The notes under the pieces were generated by a model, which ran no database searches, had not been told where the DNA came from, and saw only the letters and a program-made list of their open reading frames with translations. From Coriobacteriaceae bacterium (GTDB lineage Bacteria; Actinomycetota; Coriobacteriia; Anaerosomatales; SLCP01), in the NCBI GenBank assembly GCA_003563465.1, contig PWVH01000067.1, forward strand, positions 1 to 32,160: 32,160 nt of DNA, read 5' to 3'. Position 1 is the stretch's first letter. Every line of letters begins with the position of its first letter. Both the position numbers and the translations under genes were made by a program. This document shows positions 20,105 through 29,820 of this stretch, piece by piece.

Positions 20105-22696
20105 GTGGCAGACGAGATCATGGAGAGCACAGTCCTGCCGATCGACATACAACAGGAACTGCGCGAAAGCTTCCTGGAATACTCCATGAGCGTGATCGTC
20201 GCACGCGCGCTCCCGGATGTGCGAGACGGCCTCAAGCCCGTGCACCGACGCATCCTCTTCGCTATGCACGAGTCGGGGCTCACGGCGGGCCGTTCGTACA
20301 AGAAGTCCGCCTGGACCGTAGGAGAGGTCATAGGCAAGTACCACCCACACGGCGATACGGCTGTCTACGACACGATGGTACGCATGGCGCAGGACTTCTC
20401 GATGCGGGCCCCGCTCATAGACGGGCACGGGAACTTCGGCTCGATCGATGGCGACTCCGCAGCGGCGATGCGCTATACCGAAGCGCGGCTGCATCGGATC
20501 TCCATGGAGCTGCTGAGAGATCTGGACAAAGAGACCGTGGACTTCGGCCCGAACTACGACGAGTCGTTGCTAGAGCCCGTCGTCTTGCCCAGCCGTTACC
20601 CGAATCTGCTGGTGAACGGTTCTGCCGGCATAGCCGTGGGCATGGCCACCAACATACCGCCGCACAACCTCGGCGAGGTCATCGATGCAGCTACGATAGC
20701 GATCGACAATCCTGAAGCAACGGTGGAAGAGCTGATGGAAGCACTCCCCGGACCGGACTTCCCGACTGGCGGGATCATCATGGGCATGGAAGGCATCCGG
20801 GATGCATATACGACCGGACGTGGCTCGATCAAGGTGCGCGGGAAGGCCCATGTCGAACAGACCTCTACCGGGCGCACGCGGATAATCATCACCGAGATCC
20901 CTTACACGGTGAACAAATCCAAGCTCGTAACCAAGATCGCAGACCTCGTACGCGAGAAGAAGCTCACAGAGATCAGTGACCTGCGGGACGAATCGGATCG
21001 CAAGGGCATGCGCATAGTGGTGGAGCTCAAGCAGGCGTGCATTCCGCAGGTGGTTCTCAACAAGCTATACAAGCACACACCGCTGCAGACGGGCTTCGGC
21101 GTCATAATGCTAGCGTTGGTCGACGGCGTACCTCGCACGCTGACGCTTCCCGAGGTGCTGCGGCACTACATCCACTTTCAAGAGGAAGTCATCACTCGGC
21201 GAACACGCTTTGAGCTGCGCAAGGCCGAGGAGAGAGAGCACATCCTCGAGGGCTACGTCATCGCGCTCGATAACATCGACGAGGTCATCAAGATCATCCG
21301 GGGCAGCGAAGACGACACCGAAGCGAAGGCCCGTCTCATCGAGCGCTTTGCCCTGTCCGAGGCCCAGACCGATGCGATACTCGAGATGCGCCTACGTCGC
21401 TTGACCGGGCTCGAGCGCCACAAGATCGAGGACGAACTCGGTGGGCTGCGCGAGCGCATCGCGTTCTACAAGAAGGTCCTCGGCGACGAAGGCCTGGTAC
21501 GTAAGATTATCAAGGAAGAAATGGCAGAGATTCGCGCCAAGTTCGCTGACGACAGGCGCACCGAGATCACAGGAGTCGCACACGATCTCGACGTGGAGGA
21601 CCTGATCGCCGAAGAGGACATGGTGGTCACCATCACGCAAGCCGGCTACGTGAAGCGGCTGCCGGTCGCGACATTCCGCCAGCAGAAGCGAGGCGGCAAG
21701 GGTGTAGCGGGCACGAATCTGCGCGAGAATGATTTCGTCGAGCACCTGTTCATCAGCTCGAATCTCGACTGGGTGCTCTTCTTCTCGACGAAGGGCAAGG
21801 TCTATCGGCTCAAGGTCCACGAGCTGCCGGTAGGATCGCGTCATGCTCGCGGGACAGCGATAGTGAACCTCCTTCCGTTCGCGTCCGACGAGCGGATAGC
21901 CGCCGTCATCAACACGCGCGAGTTCGCCCCCGACGACTACCTGCTGTTCGCCACCAGACAGGGGATGAGCAAGAAGACCGCCATGGACGCCTACGACCGC
22001 AGCCGCCGCGACGGCATAATCGCCATCAATCTGCGGGAGGACGACGAGCTTATCAGCGTCCGGAGAGTCCGCCCGGGCGAGCGCGTGATGATGGTATCGA
22101 CCGCGGGCAAGGCCATCATGTGGAGCGAGGGAGACGCACGCCCGATGGGGCGAGACACAATGGGCGTGAAGGGCATGACACTCAAGCCCGGCGAGCAGGT
22201 CCTTGGCATGGAGATCGCTCCGGAAGGCAGCGAGCTCTTCGTGGTGACGGAGCGCGGCTATGGCAAGCGCACCCCTGCAAGCGATTACCCGCTCCAGAAG
22301 CGAGGCGGCATGGGAGTGAAGACCATTCAGATCACCGAGAAGAAGGGGCCGCTGGCCGGCATGAAGATCGTTCGGCCCTCTCACGAGCTGATGCTCATCT
22401 CAGAAGAAGGCGTGGTGATCCGAGTGCGCGCGGAAGACATCTCGCGCCTCGGCCGCTCGACACAGGGCGTCAAGGTGATGAACGTCTCCGAGAACGATCG
22501 CGTGCGCGCGATAGCCCGTGTGGTCGGAGGCAAGAAACGAAGGTCCCGAGGCCCGGCAGAGGGTCAGGAGGAGCTGCTTCCAGAAGACGGAGGGACGAAG
22601 CCTCCTGCATGCCCGGCGCCGATGGGAGACGCCGATCGCGAGGCGGCAGCCGAAGAGCTGGTCAGCGAAGAGTTCGAAGATATCGGCGAAGAGTAG
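20105..22696 (+). CDS. gyrA: DNA gyrase subunit A
   Basis: [29 protein letters not shown] catalytic Tyr, GyrA-box QKRGGKG, acidic tail. Confidence 0.98.
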   Translation: MADEIMESTVLPIDIQQELRESFLEYSMSVIVARALPDVRDGLKPVHRRILFAMHESGLTAGRSYKKSAWTVGEVIGKYHPHGDTAVYDTMVRMAQDFSMRAPLIDGHGNFGSIDGDSAAAMRYTEARLHRISMELLRDLDKETVDFGPNYDESLLEPVVLPSRYPNLLVNGSAGIAVGMATNIPPHNLGEVIDAATIAIDNPEATVEELMEALPGPDFPTGGIIMGMEGIRDAYTTGRGSIKVRGKAHVEQTSTGRTRIIITEIPYTVNKSKLVTKIADLVREKKLTEISDLRDESDRKGMRIVVELKQACIPQVVLNKLYKHTPLQTGFGVIMLALVDGVPRTLTLPEVLRHYIHFQEEVITRRTRFELRKAEEREHILEGYVIALDNIDEVIKIIRGSEDDTEAKARLIERFALSEAQTDAILEMRLRRLTGLERHKIEDELGGLRERIAFYKKVLGDEGLVRKIIKEEMAEIRAKFADDRRTEITGVAHDLDVEDLIAEEDMVVTITQAGYVKRLPVATFRQQKRGGKGVAGTNLRENDFVEHLFISSNLDWVLFFSTKGKVYRLKVHELPVGSRHARGTAIVNLLPFASDERIAAVINTREFAPDDYLLFATRQGMSKKTAMDAYDRSRRDGIIAINLREDDELISVRRVRPGERVMMVSTAGKAIMWSEGDARPMGRDTMGVKGMTLKPGEQVLGMEIAPEGSELFVVTERGYGKRTPASDYPLQKRGGMGVKTIQITEKKGPLAGMKIVRPSHELMLISEEGVVIRVRAEDISRLGRSTQGVKVMNVSENDRVRAIARVVGGKKRRSRGPAEGQEELLPEDGGTKPPACPAPMGDADREAAAEELVSEEFEDIGEE

Positions 22697-22708
22697 GACC
22701 CTAGCTAC

Positions 22709-23443
22709 ATGTCGAAACCCCTCATCGGCGGTCGCGTGCGCGCCGTCCTGTTCGACTTGGACGGAACGCTTATCGACACCGTCACGCTCATACTGAGCTC
22801 TTTCAGGTACGCGACGCGCGCCGTCTTAGGCGCGCCTCTTCCCGATGAGATTCTCATGTGCAATATCGGCGTGCCGCTAGCCCGCCAGATGCAGGACATC
22901 TCGCCCGATCACGCCGATGAGCTCTTGCGTGTCTACCGCGAACACAACGCCGCGATGCACGACAGCATGATTGCCGAGTACCCCGGCACCCGAGAGGCGC
23001 TCGAAGAGCTTCGAGAAATGAGGTTGCCCATGGGGGTGGTGACCTCGAAGGGTTCGCTCATGGCGCGCAGGGGCCTCGAGGCCTTCGGGCTCGGTCGCTT
23101 CTTCGAGACCGTGGTGACCGCAGACGATGTCGCGCTTCACAAGCCCGACCCGCACCCGCTAATCGAGGCCGCGGGGCACATCGGCGTACCCGTCGAGCGG
23201 TGTCTATACCTCGGCGACAGCCCGTACGACATCACGGCAGCCCTCGCCGCAGGCTCGGTCTCGGTAGCGGCGCTTTGGGGTGCTTTCCCCCCGGAGGCGG
23301 TGCTAGCGGCCAGACCTGAATACGCATTGGAAACCATCATCGAGCTCCCCTCGCTATTGGACGGAGAGGCCGATCGTTACCGAGCGGCAAGCCATACCGA
23401 AGAATCGCGGGACGAACGACAGGACAACCGTGGCGACGGGTAG
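22709..23443 (+). CDS. HAD-superfamily hydrolase (PpaX/Gph-like)
   Basis: FDLDGTLIDT motif I, VTSK, KPDP, LGDSPYD. Confidence 0.9.
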   Translation: MSKPLIGGRVRAVLFDLDGTLIDTVTLILSSFRYATRAVLGAPLPDEILMCNIGVPLARQMQDISPDHADELLRVYREHNAAMHDSMIAEYPGTREALEELREMRLPMGVVTSKGSLMARRGLEAFGLGRFFETVVTADDVALHKPDPHPLIEAAGHIGVPVERCLYLGDSPYDITAALAAGSVSVAALWGAFPPEAVLAARPEYALETIIELPSLLDGEADRYRAASHTEESRDERQDNRGDG

Positions 23444-23485
23444 CATGTAGAGAGCGCTTCGCGTCTCTCAGGGCAAGGAGGAACG

Positions 23486-24970
23486 GTGTCGAGAAAGAGT
23501 AAGGCGATCGCAGCAGGTGCGATCCTCGCAGCAGTCGGAGTGCTAGTGGCAGCCGTGGCCTACGGCGCCACGAGGCCGAGGGCCGAGGTGGAGGTAGCCG
23601 CGGTCCTGATCGAGGACTTGGCTGTGACGGTGACCGCATCCGGCCAGATCGAATCCGACGTGCGAGCGGACGTATTCCCGCCCACCGCAGGGACGCTCGC
23701 AGAGGTAGTGGTCCGGGACGGCGAGCGCGTGAAAGAGGGCGCCGTGCTGGCGCTCATGGACACGGATCCCCTGGAAATCGCCGTGGCGCAAGCCGAGGCA
23801 GGGCTGGCGCAAGCCGAGGCGGGACTCGCCTCTGTCGACGATCAGGCGCCCACAAGCGCCGAGGTCGTTGCCGCAAGGGCGGCGACAGATGCCGCATGGG
23901 CGGCATACCGATCGGCCCAGTCTGCCGCCGATGCGGTTTCGGGTCAGGCACCCTCGCAGGCCGACCTCGATGCCGCGGCCGCCGCCACCCGGGCCGCCAG
24001 GACCGCTTACGAGCAGGCGCAAGGCGCGCGCGACAGCCTCAAGGCGCTTCACGAAGCGATGCCGACACCGGAGAGCCTGGCCGAGCTGGAGGCGGCCGAG
24101 CTCGTGCTGGAACAGGCGTACGCCGCTTACCTGGGGGCCCAAGCCACCGAGCGCCAGCTCCGCTCGGCGGACCTTTCGAGCCAGCAGTCTGCGGCCGATG
24201 CCGGCGTGGACCAGGCCTACGCGGCCTACCTGGGCGCCAAGGCCCAACAAGAAAAGCTGGAAGACATCGACCTCTCACCACAGCGCAGGGCAGCACGGGC
24301 GGCTCTCGAGCAGGCGCGCGAGGCGTTGGCGATCGCCGAGAACAACCTGGCCCGCGCCAAGCTCGTAGCTCCTATAGAGGGAGTCGTGCTCTTCAATGCG
24401 CTAGGGGCTCCGTCGGCGGACGGCACGGTGCCCAAGGCGGCGCCCAATGCAGGCGTCGGGCCCCAGGCAGCACCCTTCACCATCGTGCAGCTCGGCGAGA
24501 CCAGGTTCACTGCCGAGCTCGACGAGGTGGACATCGAACTTGTCGAGGAAGGCATGAAGGCGACGGTCAGGCTCGATGCGTTCGCCGACCGGTCGTTCGA
24601 GACGACGGTGTCCGAGATCAGGCCGGCTGCCATGCTGACGCCTACCGGGGGCACGGTGTTTCCGGTCTACCTGCGCTTGTCCGGCTCGGAGGCGCCTGTA
24701 CTCCTCGGCATGAAAGGGGACGCTACGATCGAGGTCAGCCTGGTCGAAGAGGCCACGACCATTCCGATCGAGGCCCTCTTCGATGAGGTGGGGGAGTCCT
24801 TCGTCTACATCGTGAAGGACGACCGGCTGTTTCGAACTAGCGTAGAGGTTGGAACGCTGACCGAGACAACGGTCGAGGTGCTCTCGGGTGTAACCGCCGG
24901 CGAAGAGGTAGCCCTTTCGAGCGAGACCGAGTTCGAGGACGGCATGCCCGTCCGTGTAGGTCAGCCGTGA
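23486..24970 (+). CDS. Efflux membrane-fusion/adaptor subunit (MacA/YknX-like) with long alpha-helical hairpin
   Basis: N-terminal TM; lipoyl halves GTLAEVVVRDGERVKEG and LVAPIEGVV; C-terminal VEVLSGVTAGEEV. Confidence 0.9.
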   Translation: MSRKSKAIAAGAILAAVGVLVAAVAYGATRPRAEVEVAAVLIEDLAVTVTASGQIESDVRADVFPPTAGTLAEVVVRDGERVKEGAVLALMDTDPLEIAVAQAEAGLAQAEAGLASVDDQAPTSAEVVAARAATDAAWAAYRSAQSAADAVSGQAPSQADLDAAAAATRAARTAYEQAQGARDSLKALHEAMPTPESLAELEAAELVLEQAYAAYLGAQATERQLRSADLSSQQSAADAGVDQAYAAYLGAKAQQEKLEDIDLSPQRRAARAALEQAREALAIAENNLARAKLVAPIEGVVLFNALGAPSADGTVPKAAPNAGVGPQAAPFTIVQLGETRFTAELDEVDIELVEEGMKATVRLDAFADRSFETTVSEIRPAAMLTPTGGTVFPVYLRLSGSEAPVLLGMKGDATIEVSLVEEATTIPIEALFDEVGESFVYIVKDDRLFRTSVEVGTLTETTVEVLSGVTAGEEVALSSETEFEDGMPVRVGQP

Positions 24971-25770
24971 GCAACATGGACAGGCCGAACGCAAGACCGC
25001 CCGGGGACCCATGCGACGAAGCACGCGTGATTCTCGAAGCGCGCGGGGTGACCAAATGCTATCACTTAGGCGAGGTCGAGGTTCACGCCTTGCGCGGCGT
25101 AGACCTTTCAGTGTGCGAAGGGCAGATGCTCTCACTCATGGGGCCGAGCGGTTCGGGCAAGTCTACGCTGATGCACATCATAGGGCTGCTCGACCGGCCC
25201 ACCGAGGGGAGCGTGATCGTAGAGGCCGAAGAAGTTTCGAGCATGGCCCCCAACGACCTTGCCGCTGTGCGAAACCGGTGGGTAGGTTTCGTGTTCCAGT
25301 CGTTCAACCTTCTCTCGAGAACGACGGCTCTCGCCAACGTGGAGCTGCCGCTGGTATACGCGGGCGTCTCTGGCGCGCAGCGCTCGAAGCGTGCACGTGA
25401 AGCGCTCGAACGCGTAGGGCTGGGCGATCGTCTCGGACACCTGCCCAACCAGCTGTCCGGGGGTCAGCAGCAGCGTGTCGCGATTGCACGGGCACTCGTG
25501 ACCGAACCCTCGATCGTGCTGGCCGACGAGCCCACCGGCAACCTCGACTCGGCCTCTGGCGTCGAGGTGATGGGCATCCTGCAGGAGCTCAACACTCAAG
25601 GCATCACTGTCGTACTTGTGACGCACGACGACACAGTCGCCCGCCATGCCGAGCGGATCGTGCGCATCCATGATGGTCTGATCGTGAGCGACGAACCCGT
25701 AGCGGAGCGCCTCTCCGCCGCCGAGCTGCGCGAAGCCGTTGTGGATATGGCCGGGCGGCCCGACGCATGA
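24967..25770 (+). CDS. ABC transporter ATP-binding protein (MacB/LolD/YknY-like)
   Basis: GPSGSGKST, LSGGQQQRVAIARAL, LADEPTGNLD, VTHD. Confidence 0.95.
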   Translation: MSNMDRPNARPPGDPCDEARVILEARGVTKCYHLGEVEVHALRGVDLSVCEGQMLSLMGPSGSGKSTLMHIIGLLDRPTEGSVIVEAEEVSSMAPNDLAAVRNRWVGFVFQSFNLLSRTTALANVELPLVYAGVSGAQRSKRAREALERVGLGDRLGHLPNQLSGGQQQRVAIARALVTEPSIVLADEPTGNLDSASGVEVMGILQELNTQGITVVLVTHDDTVARHAERIVRIHDGLIVSDEPVAERLSAAELREAVVDMAGRPDA

Positions 25771-26960
25771 AGTTCGCAGAGAGCATCCGGATTGCCGTTC
25801 GCGCACTCAACGCCAACAAGGTACGGAGCGCGCTCACTATGCTCGGAGTGATCATCGGCGTGGCTGCAGTCATCCTGTTGGTGGCGATCGGCACCGGTGT
25901 TCAGGAGGAGATCACCGGCTCGATCGAGGGACTGGGTTCGAATCTCATCTTCGTGTTCGCGGGCAACTTCGAGGAAGGGCCGGGCGGGGGAGGCCCGGGG
26001 GGCCGCGCCGTCCGGCAGTTTTCCGTGGAGGACGCCGAGCTGCTCCAGCGGCGCCTAGGGCTCGAGCACTCCGTCGTACCGGTCGTCCAGGGCCCGCTCA
26101 CCCTGCGCGTGGGCAATCGCACCATGCGCACGACGGTGGCGGCGGCCAACGAGAACGCCGGTGACGTCTTCAGCGCGGAATACGTCGGCGGCAGATGGTA
26201 TCGCCGTAGCGAGGTATCCGCGAGCGCGCGCGTCATCGTCATAGGAGCCACCGTGCGCGATCGTCTATTCCCGAACCAAGACCCGGTGGGTGAGACCATG
26301 AGCGTCAACGGGCAGCGCTTCACCGTCATCGGACACGTCGCCGCACAAGGAGGCTCGCTTACTGGAGACCAGGACAACCAGGTCTACATGCCGATAACCG
26401 CGGCGCAGCGCCTGCTCGGTACCACGGATGTCGGGCTCATCGCGATCAAGGCCGCAAGCGCCGACGACGTCGAGGGCCTCCAGAGCCGCATCCGCCAGGT
26501 CCTGGCCCCGCGCTTCGGGGAGGAGTTCAGCGTGTTCTCCCAGGAGCAGACGCTCGGCATCTTCCAGCAGATTCTCGGCACGCTGACCTTCATGCTGGCC
26601 GGAATCGCCGGCATCTCACTGCTGGTGGGCGGTATCGGAATCATGAACATCATGCTGGTGAGCGTGAGCGAGCGGACGCGGGAGATCGGCATCCGAAAGG
26701 CGGTCGGCGCGCGCACCTACGACATCATGAGCCAGTTCGTCATCGAAGCGGTCACGCTTTCGATCGCAGGAGGTGCGGTAGGCATTGCCCTGGGTGCGGT
26801 TGGCGCAAGGGTCCTGGAGCAGTGGGTGCCGACCGAAGTGACGGCGTGGGCCGTGGCCCTGGCCTTCGGGTTCTCGGCGGCGGTCGGAGTGTTCTTCGGC
26901 GTGTATCCCGCCTACAAGGCGTCGGCGCTCGATCCCATCGAAGCCCTTCGCTACGAGTGA
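25767..26960 (+). CDS. ABC transporter permease (MacB/FtsX family, YknZ-like)
   Basis: RSALTMLGVIIG, GGIGIMNIMLVSVSERTREIGIRKAVGA, LDPIEALRYE. Confidence 0.95.
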   Translation: MKFAESIRIAVRALNANKVRSALTMLGVIIGVAAVILLVAIGTGVQEEITGSIEGLGSNLIFVFAGNFEEGPGGGGPGGRAVRQFSVEDAELLQRRLGLEHSVVPVVQGPLTLRVGNRTMRTTVAAANENAGDVFSAEYVGGRWYRRSEVSASARVIVIGATVRDRLFPNQDPVGETMSVNGQRFTVIGHVAAQGGSLTGDQDNQVYMPITAAQRLLGTTDVGLIAIKAASADDVEGLQSRIRQVLAPRFGEEFSVFSQEQTLGIFQQILGTLTFMLAGIAGISLLVGGIGIMNIMLVSVSERTREIGIRKAVGARTYDIMSQFVIEAVTLSIAGGAVGIALGAVGARVLEQWVPTEVTAWAVALAFGFSAAVGVFFGVYPAYKASALDPIEALRYE

Positions 26961-26996
26961 GCGGGAGTCAGGGCCCCTGTCGCGATCGCCGGCACG

Positions 26997-27491
26997 CTAT
27001 CCTTGGAAATCACTCGGATCCACGTCTTCAAGGAACTCGCGGAAGCGTTCGACCTCGGCCTCCTCGTCCTGCTCGGTCACTTCGACGACAGCCGCTTCGT
27101 CCAGAACCTGCTCCGCGACGTATATCGGTGCGCCGGTGCGCACGGCCAAGGCGATCGAGTCGCTAGGTCTCGCGTCCACCTCGACGCTCGCTCCGCCCTC
27201 ACTGGAGAGGATGATGCTCGCGAAGAAGGTTCCGCCTTCTATGCGGGTGATCTCGATTCGGGTTATGGACGCACCCAGATGCTCGATGACGCTCTTGAGC
27301 AGGTCATGCGTCATGGGCCGAGGAGGTGCGATTCCTTGCAGAGCGAGCAGAATCGCGGTCGCCTCGTTCTGGCCTATCCAGATCGGGATCAACCGTCCCG
27401 CGGCCTGCTCGTCGTCGGTGGGGCGCAGTATGATTACCGGTTGATTGCTCGTCGAATCCACGCTCAGGCTTGCGATGCGTACGTGGACCAC
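26997..27491 (-). CDS. Bifunctional nuclease family protein (DUF151)
   Basis: IPIWIGQNEA, PRPMTHDL, DARPSDSIALA, FREFLEDVDPSDF; start set at GTG 27491 after GAGGAGG. Confidence 0.9.
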   Translation of the reverse strand: MVHVRIASLSVDSTSNQPVIILRPTDDEQAAGRLIPIWIGQNEATAILLALQGIAPPRPMTHDLLKSVIEHLGASITRIEITRIEGGTFFASIILSSEGGASVEVDARPSDSIALAVRTGAPIYVAEQVLDEAAVVEVTEQDEEAEVERFREFLEDVDPSDFQG

Positions 27492-27575
27492 GCCCACACC
27501 TCCTCTCGTCACGCTCTCTTCGAAGTACCTTCCACTATCATACGGCATGGAATCGGTGCAGGAAGGAGCAAAACC

Positions 27576-27971
27576 TTGATCGAACTCGAGGTGCAGACGA
27601 ACAAACGCTCGGAGCTGGTCGACGTGACCGCGATTCTGGCCGAAGCGGTTGCCAGGCTAGAGATAAAGGAAGGTTTGGTGCACGTGTGGTGCCCTCACAC
27701 CACGGCGGGAATCACGGTCAACGAGGCGGCAGACCCGGACGTAGCCGCAGACATCGCCGACTCTCTCGAGCGCATCGTGCCGCGAGACGCCGGCTACCGG
27801 CACAGGGAGGGCAATGCGGACGGGCATGTGAAAGCAAGCCTGCTGGGTTCCTCGGTCGTCTTGCCTGTCGAGGCCGGGAGTCTCGCGCTCGGCACGTGGC
27901 AAGGGGTGTTCTTCGGGGAGTTCGACGGACCGAGGCGAAGGCGGCTGCAACTGCGGGTCGTGTCCAGCTAG
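27576..27971 (+). CDS. yjbQ: YjbQ/UPF0047 family protein (secondary thiamine-phosphate synthase)
   Basis: PHTTAGITVNE, HREGNADGHVK, LGTWQGVFFGEFDGPRRR; TTG start after GGAAGGAG. Confidence 0.92.
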   Translation: MIELEVQTNKRSELVDVTAILAEAVARLEIKEGLVHVWCPHTTAGITVNEAADPDVAADIADSLERIVPRDAGYRHREGNADGHVKASLLGSSVVLPVEAGSLALGTWQGVFFGEFDGPRRRRLQLRVVSS

Positions 27972-28000
27972 AGCCGCGCCTCTGACCAGCGGTTGTGTCC

Positions 28001-28029
28001 TTGACCGGGCACGACTGTTGGGCTATGGT
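28001..28029 (+). promoter_or_regulatory. Housekeeping promoter of the tRNA gene
   Basis: TTGACC-N17-TATGGT, 23 bp upstream of the tRNA. Confidence 0.7.
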
Positions 28030-28052
28030 ACGGAGGCGTTTCGCCCGGACAG

Positions 28053-28129
28053 GGGCCCGTAGCTCAGTCGGTTAGAGCGCACGGCTGATAACCGTGAGGT
28101 CATTGGTTCGAATCCAATCGGGCCCACCA
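28053..28129 (+). tRNA. tRNA-Ile (anticodon GAU), CCA encoded
   Basis: Acceptor GGGCCCG/CGGGCCC, D arm GCTC/GAGC, anticodon stem CACGG-CTGATAA-CCGTG, T arm ATTGG-TTCGAAT-CCAAT; 77 nt. Confidence 0.98.
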
Positions 28130-28141
28130 CTAGTAATCGAC

Positions 28142-28173
28142 AAGCCCTGCCTGGAAACGGGCGGGGCTTCTTT
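28142..28173 (+). terminator. Intrinsic terminator after tRNA-Ile
   Basis: AAGCCCTGCCTG-GAAA-CGGGCGGGGCTT stem, then CTTT. Confidence 0.85.
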
Positions 28174-28241
28174 GCCGCCCTCTCTACGACGATTCCTACT
28201 CGGCAGCCCCCGCTCACGCAGACGTTCAGTAGCGGCAAGCG

Positions 28242-28268
28242 GGTTTCATCCGGATTAATCTGGGGAAT
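28242..28268 (+). promoter_or_regulatory. Candidate SigB/SigF-type stress promoter for the small ORF
   Basis: GGTTT-N16-GGGAAT, 33 bp upstream of ATG 28302. Confidence 0.5.
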
Positions 28269-28301
28269 ACGTTTACACAGCACTCGAAGGGAGGTGTACA
28301 G

Positions 28302-28457
28302 ATGAGTCGACTTCTCAAAGTTGTCACGTTGGCGACCTCGCTGGTAATGGCGACCGCAGCCACTGCGATGGCGAGCCCGGCCAGGGCCCATGTGGTCATC
28401 GAAGTGGCCAGGTGGCCCGAAGCCGTCAAGCAGCTCGTATTCAGACTTGTTCACTAG
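28302..28457 (+). CDS. Small putative secreted peptide precursor, 51 aa (not in ORF track)
   Basis: GGGAGGT RBS 6 nt before ATG; MSRLLKVVTLATSLVMATAATAMASPARA|HVVIEVARWPEAVKQLVFRLVH; Sec-type signal with A-x-A site. Confidence 0.72.
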   Translation: MSRLLKVVTLATSLVMATAATAMASPARAHVVIEVARWPEAVKQLVFRLVH

Positions 28458-28504
28458 TGCGGCCTGATTCCGGTCTCACTGAGAGTTGCCCACTTGGAAC
28501 CACA

Positions 28505-28543
28505 GGACGTGCGCGCCCTCCCGTCAGGAAGGCGCGCACGTCC
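28505..28543. terminator. Strong hairpin, probable bidirectional terminator between the small ORF and cfa
   Basis: Perfect 13-bp stem GGACGTGCGCGCC / GGCGCGCACGTCC, followed by GTTCTCT. Confidence 0.8.
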
Positions 28544-28618
28544 GTTCTCTGTGCGGTGTAGAATGGCCACCGATCGCGGCTGGCGGGCAGTGCTGCTGTG
28601 ATGGCCCGCCAGGCCGAT

Positions 28619-29782
28619 TCACGGCTGCAGACCGACCTGCATCACATCGATCTGGCGATACGAGAATCCAGCCCGGCAAAGAGCGAGATAGAAGCGCCAC
28701 ATCCGCACGAAGCGTTCGTCGAAGCCGAGAGCATGCACCTGCGGCAGGGCTCGGTCGAAACGCTCCAGCCAGGCATCTAACGTCCGAGCGTAGGACTCGC
28801 CGATGAATCGCGGCGATCCAATCGCAAGCCCGGCCGACCGGGCAGCCTCCTCGAAGCGCTCAGGACTGGGCAGCATGCCGCCCGGGAATATGTAGCGCTG
28901 GGTGAAGTCCGGCCCTCTTCGGTATTCTTCGAAGCGCTCCTCCGGGATCGTTATGGTCTGCACTGCTGCAGCACCGCCTTTGCGGAGCCGGTCGCGTACG
29001 GTGCCGAAGAAGACGGGCCAGTACCTTTCGCCCACCGCTTCGAACATCTCGATGGATACGATACGGTCGTAGATTTCCGTGACGTCCCGGTAGTCTTGCA
29101 GCCGGATTTCGACACGGTCCTCGAGTCCTTCCTCGGTGACGCGCGCCACTGCCAAGTCGCGCTGCTCTTGCGAGAGGGTGACGCCGGTCACGCGGCACCC
29201 CGCCTGCTTCGCCGCGTGAATCGCGAACCCGCCCCAACCGCACCCGATCTCGAACAGGTGCGACCGGCTGTCGGGATTGGCGATCTCGAGGATGCGGTCC
29301 CACTTGAGGCGCTGGGCTGCGGCGAGGTCGTCGCAGCCGTCCTCGAAACATGCAGCCGAGTACGTCATCGTGTCGTCGAGCCAGAGCCGGTAGAAGTCGT
29401 TGCCGAGGTCGTAGTGCGCGGCGATGTTGCGCCTCGAGCCCCGGCGGTTGTTGGCGCGCAGCAGGTGGAATAGCCGGTTGGCAATCGTCACTCTGCCCCC
29501 GGCGCCCCCCATTCCGCCCGCAGCCATTCCTGCAGCCCCTAGCTCGAGCACGGCTCGAAGGTCGTGAGTGTTCCACTCGCCTGCCATGTAGGATTCGGCT
29601 AGGCCCAGCGAGCTGTCGCGGACGATTCGTTTGGCAGCGGCTGGTTCGTTCAGAGTGACTTCTGCGTGAGGCCCGGGCAGGGCCCCCGCGTACGTGCTCT
29701 TGCCGCCTTGCGGCCACGTCACCGTGAGGCTTCCAGCGGGTAACCCTCGCGAAAGCATCACGTCGATCAAGCGCTCGTGCAT
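28619..29782 (-). CDS. Cyclopropane-fatty-acyl-phospholipid synthase family SAM methyltransferase (Cfa/UfaM-like)
   Basis: NIAAHYDLGNDFY, MTYS, EIGCGWGG, SIEMFEAVG, YIFPGG, RMWRFYL; start set at ATG 29782. Confidence 0.92.
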   Translation of the reverse strand: MHERLIDVMLSRGLPAGSLTVTWPQGGKSTYAGALPGPHAEVTLNEPAAAKRIVRDSSLGLAESYMAGEWNTHDLRAVLELGAAGMAAGGMGGAGGRVTIANRLFHLLRANNRRGSRRNIAAHYDLGNDFYRLWLDDTMTYSAACFEDGCDDLAAAQRLKWDRILEIANPDSRSHLFEIGCGWGGFAIHAAKQAGCRVTGVTLSQEQRDLAVARVTEEGLEDRVEIRLQDYRDVTEIYDRIVSIEMFEAVGERYWPVFFGTVRDRLRKGGAAAVQTITIPEERFEEYRRGPDFTQRYIFPGGMLPSPERFEEAARSAGLAIGSPRFIGESYARTLDAWLERFDRALPQVHALGFDERFVRMWRFYLALCRAGFSYRQIDVMQVGLQP

Positions 29783-29820
29783 GGTGGACGGACCTCGTTC
29801 GTCACTCCTAGTTCGCCGTT

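Noticed and set aside
21392-22384. 330-aa minus-strand ORF
   Set aside because: Antisense shadow of gyrA
27003-27575. Apparent long N-terminal extension of YjbQ (322-aa ORF)
   Set aside because: Overlaps the DUF151 gene antisense; a good RBS and TTG at 27576 give a normal-sized YjbQ
28053-28620. tRNA-Ile as an integration site for an island
   Set aside because: No integrase and no duplicated tRNA 3' end within the window
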